A stretch of DNA of 64,000 nucleotides, taken from the NCBI RefSeq assembly GCF_009914755.1, contig NC_060939.1. The stretch is one strand, 5' to 3'. Shown here one piece after another: positions 42,912 to 61,908 of this stretch. The notes under the pieces are model-generated. The model did no database searches. It was given only the letters and a program-made list of their open reading frames with translations, and had not been told where the DNA came from. The position numbers and the translations under genes were made by a program. The DNA comes from the human T2T-CHM13v2.0 reference genome, Homo sapiens. Position 1 is the stretch's first letter; each line of letters begins with the position of its first letter.

Positions 42912-45485
42912 GGTGATAGATTGAAAAACATGGCCACCATATTTTGCAGTTCTTCTCATCAACAGGTAGAGAAACTACTCAGTTTTCTACTAGTTCTCCA
43001 TCTCTTGAACCTGGGTTGACCATTTGACTTGCTTTGACCAATAGAATGTGGTAGAAGTGACAATGTACAAGTTCTAGACACTCAGCTTCATGGTGCTTAA
43101 GGGCCCCTAAGGTCACTATGTAAGGAAACTGGTCTAGTCTACTGAAGACAAGACAGCATGGGGGAGAGAACCAAGATGCTACAGCTGATAGTTGGTGCCA
43201 ACTCCCAGCCCTGTGAGTGAAGCTGTTTGGATCTTCCAGCCCAGCTTAATGCAGCCAACTAAGTGAGCCCAGGCAAGCCCAGCAGAAGAACTGTCCAGCT
43301 AACCGTCGAGCATGGGAAGTAAGATATTAGTCAAAGCTAAGCCATGGGGCCAGCCCAAATTCAAGGGAAAGGGAGATGGCCTGTATCCTTTGATATGTGG
43401 AACTCAACAGAATTTGCAGTAATTTCCATCCGTCATAGTATCTATGTTTATTTATCTATTGCTTTGTAACTAGCTATCCCAAAGTTTAGTGATTTAAAAC
43501 AACCACCACCTATCTATCCACAATTCTGCAATTTGTGTTTGCTGGACTTAGGACAGTTCACTGCCTGCAGCTGGGAATTCAAGATAGTTTTACACATATG
43601 TCTGGTGTCTCACTGTGATGCCTGGGACATCTGGGGCTTGGCATCTTTCTCTCTGCACGTGCTCTATCCATCTGGGTAGCTGAACCTGTTTCCATGGTGG
43701 CTTGGGGTCTCCAAGAGGGCAAACGTGGAAGCTGCCTGGTCTTTTAAGGCCTAGACCCAGAATCTGCACAGTGTCACTTCTGCTGCATTCTGTTTGTCAA
43801 AACAAGTCACAAAGCCAGCCCAGATTCAAGAGGAGAGGAAATCAATTTCATGTGACAATGAGGGAGATAGAAAAGATTTTATGCTCATCTTTAATCTACC
43901 ATAGTTTATTCTTTGGCCATTGATTGTTTGCATTTCTTCTGCATGTGAAATACATTCATATCCTCCCAAGAAGCCCCAGTTAGATCTCTCATTCAATATG
44001 GAAGCAGTTCAGTGTTCAGAATCTCACTATCTGTCTCAGGTCTAGATGTGAATTAGACTGCTTGGATGCAGCTTTTTCTCAATCTGGAAGTTTGTGAACT
44101 AATAATTCAAGTTATCTGCCACCATCACTGCCCTCGCCCAACCCCAGATATCATAGTGTGAAAGCGATGAGATAACTGTAAGAGATACTCCCATTCCCAA
44201 GGGGAGGAGATTGAAGGCACATGGCAGGCACAGATCCTTAGCAATTCTGAAATCCAGCCAGGCACACATTGCCAGTCCCCACGACTCCAGAGGCAGGACT
44301 GTTTCTCGATGAAGGCCTGTTTCTGCTCCCTGCAAATGGTTACTTAATTCGCTGTTATTTGGCTGTTGGCTCCATCCTGAGACCGTTTCCCTTTTCCATG
44401 ACAAATGGTTCATTTTTGCAGCTGAGTAATTCCTCAGTTGGCGTCTCATGGTAAGTTGGGGATCCAGAGGTCTCTCTTCATTTTGAATTGCCTTGGTTCC
44501 TTTAGTCTGTGTACAACTTCTTTAAAGAAGTGGGTTTTCTATATATTAAATTATAGCCTATTCCATTAGACAAGTCACACACACATCTACACATCTCTTG
44601 GAGCAAGATCTCTATGCTTTGTGAGGTCTTATAACAGGTCTTACAGCCGCACCCTCAATTTAATTTTGTAGACTAAGGTCACATTTTGCCAGCAGCTTCC
44701 TGACACCATTTCTTACATTGAGAACCCCTGGGGAGAGAGTTTTATTTTCCGTCCCAGCAATCCATAGTCCAGAACTATTAACTCTAAATTCTCCTTGGAA
44801 ATGGAATTGCTCTTCCTTTGGTTCATCTCTCCTTCCCATATTTTATCATAGGCAGCTAAAATAAACAAATTAGCCCCTTCGGCATTCAACTTGGAGATTT
44901 CCTTTAGCCACATCAAGTTTTCTATCTTCCGTGTAACTGTAGCCATCAGCTTCACTAATTGTTCCACTATCTTGAAACACAGATGACCATCTTTGCGGCC
45001 TCTAATAACAATTTCCATGCTGGCTTGCCATGCTTCCATCCTTCCCCATGGCTCAGTCTCAAAATCACCTGTGTTAGGCCGGGCGCGGTGGCTCACGCCT
45101 GTAATCCCAGCACTTTGGGAGGCCGAGGCGGGCAGATCACGATGTCAGGAGATCGAGACCATCTTGGCTAACACGGTGAAACCCCGTCTCTACTAAAAAT
45201 ACTAAAAATTAGCCGGGCGCGGTGGCGGGCGCCTGTAATCCCACCTACTCGGGAGGCTGAGGCAGGAGAATGGCATGAACCCGGGAGGCGGAGCTTGTAG
45301 TGAGACGAGATAGCGTCACTGCAGTCCGGCCTGGGCGAAAGAGCGAGACTCCGTCTCTAAAAAAAAAAAAAAATCACCTGTGTTAGGCTTCTGTTACAGC
45401 AGCACCCCACTTCCAAAGATTAATTTCTGTTTTAGTTTCTGTTTTTAGAAAAAAATCACCCCAAAATGTAATGGCTAAAAATAAC
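42912..45485. mobile_element. Cluster of old MLT1 (MaLR) LTR and internal fragments
   Basis: MLT1 motifs (TTGACCAATAGAATGTGGTAGAAGTGAC; CACAAAGCCAGCCCAGATTCAAG); boundaries uncertain. Confidence 0.55.
45077..45372 (+). mobile_element. Young CpG-rich AluY (Yk-like variant)
   Basis: Perfect 16-bp TSD AAAATCACCTGTGTTA; variant 3' end GAGATAGCG.CACTGCAGTCCGGCCTGGGCGAAAGAGCG. Confidence 0.92.
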
Positions 45486-45784
45486 TTTTTTCTTCCCTGA
45501 GACAGAGTCTCACTCAGTTGCCCAGGCTGGAGTGCAGTGGCGTGATCTGGTCTCACTGCAACCTTGGGCTCCCAGGTTCAAGTGTTTCTCATGCCTCAGC
45601 CTCCTGAGTAGCTGGGATTACAGGTGTGTGCCATTTCGCCTGGCTAATTTTTGTGTTTTTTTGTAGAGACAGGGTTTTGCCATGTTGGATAGGCTGGTCT
45701 CGAACTCCTGAGCTCAAAGCAATCTGCCTGCCTCGGCCTCCCAAAAGTGTTGGGATTAGAGGCATGAGCCACCGTGCCCCGCCC
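45486..45784 (-). mobile_element. Alu (AluJ/S)
   Basis: Reverse dimeric Alu. Confidence 0.9.
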
Positions 45785-48117
45785 ATGTTTTTAATGTATC
45801 ATGAATGAACAAATAAATAAATGAATGAATGAAGTAACTAAATATTACTGTAAAGGAATTTATAAGTAAACACATTTACATTTACAGAAGCTATGTTTAA
45901 GTTTTAAGCAACTCTTGACTATTAATAACCAGGAATAATTAAAATTTGGAGGGGGAACTGGTCTTAACATTGGATATAGCTTGCTGAAATATTTAAAAAT
46001 ATGATATATTTAGGATTTGCTTCCAAATAATTTGGAGAAGTGGGAAAAATGGGTTGAGGTATAGATGAAATGAGATTGACTTACTATGAGTTGACAATTA
46101 TTTAAATTGGGCTAAAGCTACATGAAGGCTCATACTCTTCTGTTCATTTTCATACATTTGAAATTTTTATAATAAAAAGTTTAAAAATTACATGTAGAAT
46201 ATTAAGGGACTGAAGCGCATTAGAAGGGTTGTGAATATTTTTTGCAATTATTAATTTATTAACATTCCCACTTTTCCTACTTTTCAAACGAGATTTCTAT
46301 CTTCATACGATGGAAGGGAGGTATTTTAAAAGATCATCTGGAAACTTCTTTTTTATTATCTTCATTGACTAGTCAACCTGAGCATTATTTCAATGTTTCA
46401 TTTAACGTGCAGTTGACCCCATTTTAAGATATTCCTGGAACTCTGGATGCATATCAAATTTCTGTAGCGCAAATCATTTCCCAATTGATTTTCATTCCAT
46501 TTTGAAGACATGCTCTCATACCTCCTGTTGACTTCCCAGTCTGCTAATTATAGCTCAAGGCAGGAGATGGGAAGTGCAGAAGCTCATATAAGCCCTGGCA
46601 TTTTGCCTTAATCTGAGGCTCAAGGCAGGTATCTGATGCAATGAGTTTTATGTTCTCTGCCTAGATCAAGAAGAAGCCAGGAAGGGCAGGAGTTTGCTCC
46701 AGCAGATGCCTTCCTCAAGCTGACAGCTGCTTCGCTGGCTCTGATAATCAGTCTGAGGAGTTGCTCAACTGCTGGTAGAATTCAATGAATAAGGGGCTTT
46801 TAATTATTACACATCTTCCATACACATCTTAATGCTGGGGAACATAAAAGAAATATAACTTGGTGCCTGGTATCAAAGAACCTAAAGACTTAAAGGGCCC
46901 AGGAACAAGTACAGCATTACAGCATAATCTAATATTCTCTACCCAAGGCAACACTGGATCTAGAAGAAAACCAATATAAGGCTGAGTGTATATCCTGGGC
47001 ATTTGTTTAAAGAATCAGGACTATGGGCCCAAATCATTTAGTGATAAAGTCCTGCTCCTGAGTGAGCAATGGAATAGATGATGGAGTTGTTTGTGCAGAA
47101 GACCAGGCAGCTAGTTTTTGGCAGGCCAGAATGCTGCTCTTACCCTCCTAAATACCCCTAGAGTTATAACTAGGGAAATCCATTCAAGAAGAAATATTTT
47201 GTGGCATTTCTGCTCCTGGAGTAGAGACAAGGAGCCAACTGTGAATTTGTTTCAATGGAATTCTCTTTGTTAGGGGATTTGTCCTCATCCACAGTTCATA
47301 CACACACCGCATAAAATGCTGTCTGATTACAAAAGGTGGTTGGAGAAAGGTCAAGAAATAAGAATGCAGGAGATCTGGTTTCTAGTTCCAAACGTAAAGA
47401 GCTTGGAAATTGCAACTTCATCCTATAACAAGTAAATAGCTAAACACATTGAAAAATTAGCTACTATTCTTGGATCCATAGGAGAGATGAAGACACAGGA
47501 CACACTGCTGCTCCTAAGATTGGAGAGATAAACAGGTGGGTACAGGGAGTCATGGCTTACCAGGTGGAGACTCATGAGTGGAAACCACCACTGGAGCCAG
47601 TGCCAAGTTAGGAACACCTGAACTGTAATTGATGAATTGCTGGAGAGTCAGTGTGAACAAAACCTGAGAGTTAAAAATAACTCCAGGGGAACCCAGTCAT
47701 AGGGGGACCCTCATGCTTTTATGAGTTTTATCTCTAGGAGCTCACCAGGTTATTACAGTAAATACTAGAGAAAAATCTCTTTGTGCTTCCGGGAAGGGAT
47801 GGGAGGGAAGGAAGCATTTTGAAATATTCCAGAGCGCTCTGTTCTTCTTAACATATTCTGCTCTCAGGAGAAACCATTTAACTAGAGCCTAACCTGCTGG
47901 GGCTGCTGGGGTTTTATCAGAACATAACTGAGAAAAGGGACATATCTAACTCCAGTCTACTCCAGACATCGTGTTTCACCTAAGGGCAGGGGTAGAGGGG
48001 GAACTGAGAAGTACCTGTGAGGTTCACAGTCCAGAGGCATAGGCTCACCAAAAGACTGAGACCTAATCACAGGACTACACAATGCTTTCCTTTCCCCTGC
48101 ACCACATCACCACATTA

Positions 48118-48423
48118 TTATTTTATTTATTTATTTTTTTGAGATGAGGTCTCAGTCGCCCAGGCTCGAGTGCAGTGGTGCGATCTCGGATCACTGCAAG
48201 CTCCGCCTCCTAGATTCATGCCATTCTCCTGACTAAGCCTCCCTGGTAGCTGGGGCTGCAGGCACCTGCCACCACACCCAGCTAATTTTTTTTTTTTTGT
48301 ATTTTTAGTGGAGACAGGGTTTCACCATGTTAACCAGGATGGTCTCGATCTCCTGACCTTGTGATCCTCCCACCTCAGCCTCTCAAAGTGCTGGGATTAC
48401 AGGCATGAGCCACCGTGCCTGGA
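48118..48423 (-). mobile_element. Alu (AluY/Sc-like)
   Basis: TSD CACATCACCACATTA. Confidence 0.9.
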
Positions 48424-48507
48424 GCACATCACCACATTAGTAAGGCCTATTTACAGCTGTTCATTTTGCCATTTACATCATATACAGTTATGAAGAAAAT
48501 AATTACA

Positions 48508-49110
<603 letters not shown>

Positions 49111-49828
49111 CTAATGGATAAAGTAGGACAACATGCAAGAACAGATGAACAATGTAAGTAGAGAGATGAAAATCCTGAAAAAAAAAAAAAAGAAATGCTA
49201 AAGATAAAAAACATTGCAACAGAAATAAAGAATGTCTTTGATGTGCTTATTAGTAGACTGAACATGACAGAAAAGAATCTCTGGGCTTGAGGATATCTCA
49301 ACAGAAATCTCCAAACCTGAAAATTAAATGGAACAATGAATAATAATAAAAAAGAACAGAATATCTAAGGACTAAAGGACAGCTACAAAGGTATAGCATA
49401 TATACAAAGGGAAAACTAAAAGGAGAAGAAAGAGAAAAAGAATGGAAGAAATCTGTGAAACAATAATGACTGAGAATTTCCCCAAATTAATGTTAGACAC
49501 TAACCCACAAATCAAGGAAGCTCAGAGGACACCAAGCAGAATAAATGCCAAAAAAAAAAAAAAAAAAAAAAAATCCAAGTCCCCAAACAAACACAAATGA
49601 CAAGTAGGCATATTATTTTCAAACTACAAAAAATCAAAGAAACAAATCCTGGAAAAGCCAGATGGAAAATAAGGTACATATAAAGGAAGAAAAACAAGAA
49701 TTACATTTGACTTCTCAGAACCGTGCAAGCAAAAAGGGAGCGGAATGAAATATTTAAGGTGTTTAAAGGGAAAAAACCTGCCCATCTAGAATTGTGTACA
49801 CTGCAAAACTATTCAAAAGTGAAGGAGA

Positions 49829-50233
<405 letters not shown>

Positions 50234-50548
50234 TTAAAGAGGAGAAAAATAATATAGGTCAGACACTTGGATCTACATAAAGAGCCCTGAAGAGGAATTT
50301 GTGAAGATAAAATAAAAACTTTTATTTTTCTTATTCTTAATTGATCTAACAGATAAACAGGGTCTACATAAAGAAAGGAAGTGCATTGAAGAGGAATTTG
50401 TGAAGATAAAATAAAAACCTTTATTTTTCTTCTTCTTTATTGACCTAAAATATAAGTTCAAAGTAACAACAATGTATTCAATTATATATACTTATGCATA
50501 TATTTATATGTATGTGTATCTATATATCTTGAGGAAAAAACAAATATA

Positions 50549-50815
50549 GGCTAGGCATGGTGGCTCACACCTGTAATCCCAGCACTCTGGGAGGCTGAGG
50601 CTGGTAGATCATTTAAGCCCAGGGGTGTGAGACAAGCCTGGGCAACACAGTGAGATTTCGTCTCTAGTGGTGCATGCCTATGGTCCCAGCTACTTGGGAG
50701 GCTGAGGTGGAATGTTCAGTTGAGCCTGGGAGGTTGGGACTGCAGCGAGCCATGGTTATGCCACTGTACTGCAGCCTGGGTGACAGAACGAGACTTCGTT
50801 TAAAAAACAAAAAAC
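50549..50815 (+). mobile_element. AluJ lacking the middle A-rich linker
   Basis: CGTCTCTA joined to GTGGTGCATG. Confidence 0.85.
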
Positions 50816-51921
50816 CCAAATATATATATAAACACGTACATATATATGTATATACATACATATACAGGTATATATGTATGTACATACAAGCACTTATATA
50901 TAAGTGAAATACTGGTACAAGAAGTAGGAGGGAGAAATTAGGAATATTTTGTTATTATCAGATACTTCTAATATCTGTGAAGTCATATAGTGTTATTTGA
51001 ATGCAGCCTTGAATTAGTTGTAAATGTGTATCGCAAACTTGAGGGCAACCACTGAAGGAGCTTAAAAAGAAGTATAGCTAATATGCTAAGAAAGAAGAGA
51101 AAAAGGAATCATATAAAATGCTCAATTAAAGCCATAAGAGACAGAAAAAGAGTGAAGGCAAAAATAGGAAGAAAGAACAGGGGCAAAAAATAGAGAATGA
51201 AATAAATATGGCAAGTATTAATCCAACTATATCATTGATCACTTTGAATGTCTGTGGTCTAAATGCACCAATTAAAAGACAGAGATTGTTAGAGTGGATC
51301 AAAAAATGAGACCCAACTATATGTTTTCTGCAAGAAAACCATATTAAATATAAAGACACATATAGATTAATAGTAAATGGATGAAGTAAAATATGCCATG
51401 CCAACATAAATCAAAAGAAATCAGGAGTTACTGTATTAATTTTAAAGCAGATTTCAAAGCAAGGAAAATGATCAGGAATAAAGAAAGACATTGCTTAATG
51501 ATAAAGGAGTCAGTTGTCCAAGGAGCCATAATAATCTTTAATATGTATGTGCCTAACAACAATTAAACTATGTGAGGCAAAAACTAATAGAACTGCAAGG
51601 AGAAATAGATGAATACATTATTGTAGTTGGAGACTTCAGCACTCCTCTATCAGAAGTGAACAGATCCCGCAGGCACCAAATCAGTAAGGACAGAGTAGAA
51701 CACCATCAATCAACTGGATATAATGAAAATCTGTAGAGCACTTCATCCAACAACAGCAGAATACAGATTCTTCTCAAGCTTACGTAGAACGTTTACCAAG
51801 CTAGACCACATTCTGAGTCATAAAACACACCTTAACAAATTTAGAAGAATAGAAATAATACAATGTTTGCTCTTAGACCACAATAGAATTAAACTAGAAA
51901 TTAAAAAAAAAAGAAAGAAAG

Positions 51922-52198
51922 AGGCTAGATGAAGTGGTTCACATCTATAAACCCAGCACTTTGGGAGGCTGAGGCAGGCAGCTTGCTTGAAGCCAGGAGT
52001 TTAAGACCAGCCTGGGAAATGCAGTGAGACCGCTACAAAAAAATTTAAAAATTAGCCAGGCTCCTATAGTCCCAGCTACTTGGGAGGCTGAGGCAGGAGG
52101 ATCACTTGATCATCCAGAAGTTTGAGGCTGCAGTGAGCTGTGATCACATCACCGCACTCCAGCCAGGGTGACAGAGCAAGACCCTGTCTAAAAAAAAT
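51922..52198 (+). mobile_element. AluJ
   Basis: Dimeric Alu. Confidence 0.88.
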
Positions 52199-52512
52199 AG
52201 CTGGAAAACCCCAATATATGTATGTGGAGATTAAACAGCATATTTCCAAATAACACATGAGTCAAAAAAGAAACGTGAAGAAATTAAAAAATACTTTGAA
52301 CTAAATGAAAATAAAAAACACAGCTTATCAAAATTTGTGGGATGCAGCAAAAGCAGTGCTCAGAGGAAATTTATAGTACTGAATGCCTATCTTAGAAAAG
52401 AAGAAAGATCTAAATTCAATGATCAAAATTTCCATTTAGAAAACTAGAAGAAAAAGGCAAATTAAATCCAAGTTGAGCATAAAAAATAATAATTGAGAGA
52501 AGAAATCAATGA

Positions 52513-52645
52513 GTTTTTTTTTTTTTAATAGAGATGAGGTCTCACTTTATTGCCCAGGCTGGTCTCAAACTCCTGGGCTCAAGCAATCAACCCACTTTGT
52601 GTTTCAAAGTGCTGGGACTACAGGCATGAGCCACTTTTCCTGGCC
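52513..52645 (-). mobile_element. FLAM / Alu left arm
   Basis: Single reverse arm; CAATGA on both sides. Confidence 0.8.
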
Positions 52646-53567
52646 CAATGACATTGAAAATAGGAAATCAATAGAGAAATCAATGAAACCAAAATCTGGT
52701 TCTTTGAAAATATGAGTAAAATTAATAAGCCTCTAGTCAGGCTAAGGAAAAAAAAAGAGTACACAAATGACCAAATATCAGAAATGAAAACGGGAACATT
52801 ACTACAGATCACATGGCCATTAAAAGAATATAAATATGAACAACTCTATGTTCACAGATTTGATAAGCTACATGAAATGAACCAATTCATTTAATGACAC
52901 AGTCTGCAAAATTCATACAAGAATAGTCCATCTGAATAGGTCTATATTAAAGATACTAAATTAATAGTTGATATCAAAGCAACAGGCCCAGATGGGTTCA
53001 CTGGCAAATGCTACTGCACATTTAAGTAAGAAATGATATCAATTATCTACAATCTCTTTCAGAAGATAGAAGCATAAGGAATACTTCCTAACTTATTTTA
53101 TGAGGCCAACACTACCCTAATACCACCAGACAAAAACACTGCAAGAAAACTACAGACCAATATCTCTCATTCAAAAATCTTTAACAAAGTATTGGCAAAT
53201 TCAATCCAACAATGTATAAAAAGAATTATACATGATGACCAAGTGAGATTTATTCCAGGTATGCCAGGTTGGTTCAACATTTGAAAATCAATTAATGTTA
53301 TCTATCACATCAACAGGCTAAAGAAGAAAAGTCTCATGATTGTATCAATAAATGCAGAAAAAACATTTGATGAATTATAACACCTATTCATGATAAAAAA
53401 AAAAAAACTCTGAGTAAACTGGGAATAGAGAGAAGTTCCCCAGCTTGGTAGAGAATCTCTACCAAAATCCTACAGCTAACATCATATTTTATGGTGAGAA
53501 ACTCAAATGTTTCCCACTAAGATTAGGAACAAGGCAAACAGGGCAAGGATGTCTCCTCTCACCGCTC

Positions 53568-57517
<3,950 letters not shown>

Positions 57518-58313
57518 TTCTCACCACTCATTGTTAACATTGTGTTGGAAGTCCTAGCTAATGCAGTAAGACAAAAAAGGGAAATAAAAAGAATACAAAT
57601 TGAGAAGGAAAAAGTAAAACTTTCTTCACAAATGATATGATCATCCATGAAGAAAATCTGAGAAAATCAACAAACAAAATGTCTGGAATTAATAAGCAAC
57701 TCTAGCAAGGTTGCAAGATATGAGATAAATATGCAAAGGTCAACTGATTTCATATATATCAGCAATGAATAAGTGGAATTCGAAATTAAAAACACAGCGT
57801 TATTTACATAAGTACCCTTCAAAATGAAATGCTTAGGTTTAAATCTAACAAAATATGGGCAAGCCTCTATATGAGGAAAACTACAAAACTGATGAAAGAA
57901 GTCAAAGAACTACATAAATGGAGATATGTTCCATGTTCATAGATAGGAAGACTCAATGTTGTCAGGATGTCAGTTTTTCCCAACTGATCTGTAGATTCAC
58001 TGCAATCCCATCACATTCTCAGCAAGTTATTATTTTGATACTGACAAACTGATAAAATTTATGCGCAGAGGCAAAAGTCCCAGAATATCCAAGACAGTAT
58101 TGAAGGAGAAGAACAAAGATGGAGGCCTGACAGTACAAGGCTTTAAGTCTTACTCTAAAGCTGTAGTGATGAGGACAATGTGAATTGGTGAAACAATAGG
58201 CAAATAAATCAGTGGAACAGAATAGAGAGGCAAGAAATACGCAGAAATATAGTCAACTGGTCTTTGGCAAAGGAACAAAGGCAATACAATGGAGAAAAGA
58301 TAGTCTGTTTAAC

Positions 58314-58440
58314 AAATGGAGGTGGAACAACTGAATATCCACTGAATTGAGTGGAATATCCACTGAAATGGAGGTGGAACAACTGAATATCCACTGAATT
58401 GAGTGGAATGTCCACTGAAATGGAGGTGGAATAACTGAAT
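58314..58440. repeat. 52-bp tandem repeat, ~2.4 copies
   Basis: AAATGGAGGTGGAACAACTGAATATCCACTGAATTGAGTGGAATATCCACTG starts at 58314, 58366 and 58418. Confidence 0.93.
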
Positions 58441-58847
58441 GCAAAAATATGTAGCTAGACATAGACCTTATGCTCTTCAAAAAATTAACTCAAAGTAGAT
58501 GACACACCCACATGTAAAATGCTAAACTACAAAACCCCTAGAAGGTAACATAAGAGAAAAACTCTAGATACCTTGGGTTTGGTGATGACTTTTTAGATGT
58601 AATACCAAAAGCGCAATCCTTGAAAGAAAGAACGGATAAGTCTGACCTTATTAAAATAAAAAAAAATTCTGTTATCTGAAAAAGATTGTCAAGAGAACGA
58701 AAAGGTAAGCCACAAAATGGGAGAAAATATTTGCAAAAGAAAATCTGATAAAGAGTTGTTATCGTCCTTGCCCGCGCCCTCCTGGAGCGAGCAGTTCTCC
58801 AAGCACCCAGCATCCAGCCAGACACGCTGCACACCGACGGAGGGGAC

Positions 58848-59372
<525 letters not shown>

Positions 59373-59739
59373 TTACTCTCTCTTCTACATCTCTCCTCTT
59401 AAGAGACTCAGGCCAAGAAACATCTTCTAAACTTCCCCATCTTCTAAACCCAATCCAAATGGCGTCTGGAAGTCCAGTGTGGCAAGGAAAAACAGTTATT
59501 CATCGAATCTACTAATTCCATTCCTTTTATTGACACAGAAAATGTTGAGAATCCCAAATTTGATTGATTTGAAGAACATGTGAGAGGTTTGACTAGATGA
59601 TGCATGCCAATATTAAATCTGCTGGAGTTTCATGTACAAGTTGAAGGAGAGGCAACATCCAAAATAGTTAAGACATGATTTCCTTGAATGTGGCTTGATA
59701 AATATGGACACTTAATACTACCTTGAAAATAAGAATAGA

Positions 59740-59987
59740 CTGAGACTATTATGTATATAATGTGGGGTAAAGATATTGAGTAAATTATGGGATATGCTAA
59801 TTACATCTTCCTTTGACTCTGAAAATCAGTATTCTTGATGCAGAAGAAAGGAGATATACATGTAACATAAGAGGTTAAGTAAAAACTTCTAATTTTCAAA
59901 TTGAATTGGAAATGACAATATGATTCCTGAAGTATTTTATCTTAATATACACAAATAAAAATAAATTTATTAAATCTAAAAAAAAAA
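59740..59987 (+). mobile_element. Orphan polyadenylated retroposed insert (3' transduction or RNA 3'-end copy)
   Basis: 15-bp TSD GAAAATAAGAATAGA (59725-39, 59988-60002); AATAAA twice near 59954-65 and an A10 tail. Confidence 0.85.
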
Positions 59988-60475
59988 GAAAATAAGAATA
60001 GAAATAAAGGATGTGATGGTGGAATGGAGATTCAGTTTTCATTTGGTTCATTAATTCTATAATGCCATAAAACAGGTAATATAAAAAGCTTCCATGATTC
60101 TATTTATAAGTACATTAGAAGGAACTTTCAGGTGTTACTGTAATTCCTCAACGTATTGTTTCGACAGCACTAATTTAATGCCGATGTATTCTAGATGAAG
60201 TTTTACATTGTTGAGCTATCACTGTTCTCTTGGGAACTGAACTCACTTTCCTCTTGAGACTTTGGATTTGACATTGCATTTGACCTTTTATGTAGTAATT
60301 GACATGTGCCAGGGCAATGATGAATGAGAATCTACCCCCAGATACAAGCATTCTCAGCAACTCTTGATTATCCATATAGAGTCAAATGGTAGGCATTTCC
60401 TATCACCTATTTCCGTTCAACAAGAGCACTACATTCATTTAGTTAAACGGATTCCAAAGAGTAGAATTGCATTGA

Positions 60476-60882
<407 letters not shown>

Positions 60883-61619
60883 TGAAGGCAAAATTACAAA
60901 TCTTGAAATTAAAAAGGCAAAAATGTAAAGGAGTCAAAACTGTAAATCAAGTATTTGGGAAGTGAAGACTGGAAGCTAATTTGCATTAAATTCACAAAAA
61001 CTTTTATAGTCTTTCTGTATATACTTTTTTTTTCCTTAAAAAACAACTATGAATCAGAATAGCTATATTTGGAACACTTTTTGTTATCAGTGAATATTTT
61101 TAGATAGTTAGAACCTGGTCCTAAGCCTAAAAGTGGGCTTGATTCTGCAGTAAATCTTTTACAACTGCCTCGACACACAGAAACCTTTTTAAAAACAGAC
61201 ACTCCCCGAAGTCTTTCGTTCGCATGGTCACACACTGATGCTTAGATGTTCCGGTAATCTAATGTGGCCACAGTAGTTTGATGACCAAAGTCATTTTTTT
61301 CCATCATTAGAAAACTACCTGAGAACAAACAGATTGAACAGATCTGAAGCTACTGTGTCTGTGAAGGAACACTCTTTTGCTTTATTCCAGAATGCTATAC
61401 ATCTATTTTGGATTGTATATTGTGTTTGTATATTTATGCTTTGATTCATAGTAACTTCTTATGTTATGGAATTGATTTGCATTGAGCACAAACTGTAAAT
61501 AAAAAGAAAGAAATGGCAAAAAAAAAGAGTTGTTATCCAAAATATACAAAAAAAAAAAAAAAAACCCCTCTTAAAACTCCACAGTAAAAACACAAACAAC
61601 CTGATTAAAAAATGTGCCA

Positions 61620-61908
61620 GGCCAGGTGCAGAGGCTCACACCTGTAATCCCAGCACTTTGGGAGGCCGAGATCGGCAGATATGTTGAGCCCAGGAATTCA
61701 AGACTAGCCTGGGCAACATAGGGAAACCCCGTCTCTACAGAAAATTAGCTGGGCATAATGGCACACACCTGTAATCCCAGCTACTTGGGGGACTAAGGTG
61801 GGAGGCTGGCTTGAACTCAAAGGTTGAGGCAGCAGTGAGCCAAGGTTGTGCCACTGCACTGCACTCCAGCCTAGGCAACAGAGTGAGACCCTGTCTCAAA
61901 AATAAAAA
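61620..61908 (+). mobile_element. AluJ
   Basis: Dimeric Alu; AAAAATGT.CCA flanks. Confidence 0.88.

Noticed and set aside
46554-46780. Two further candidate exons (46554-46628 and 46664 onward)
   Set aside because: The implied intron is only ~35 nt, too short to splice; no other support.
58314-58440. CRISPR-like repeat array
   Set aside because: Primate DNA with identical tandem units, no unique spacers and no cas genes.
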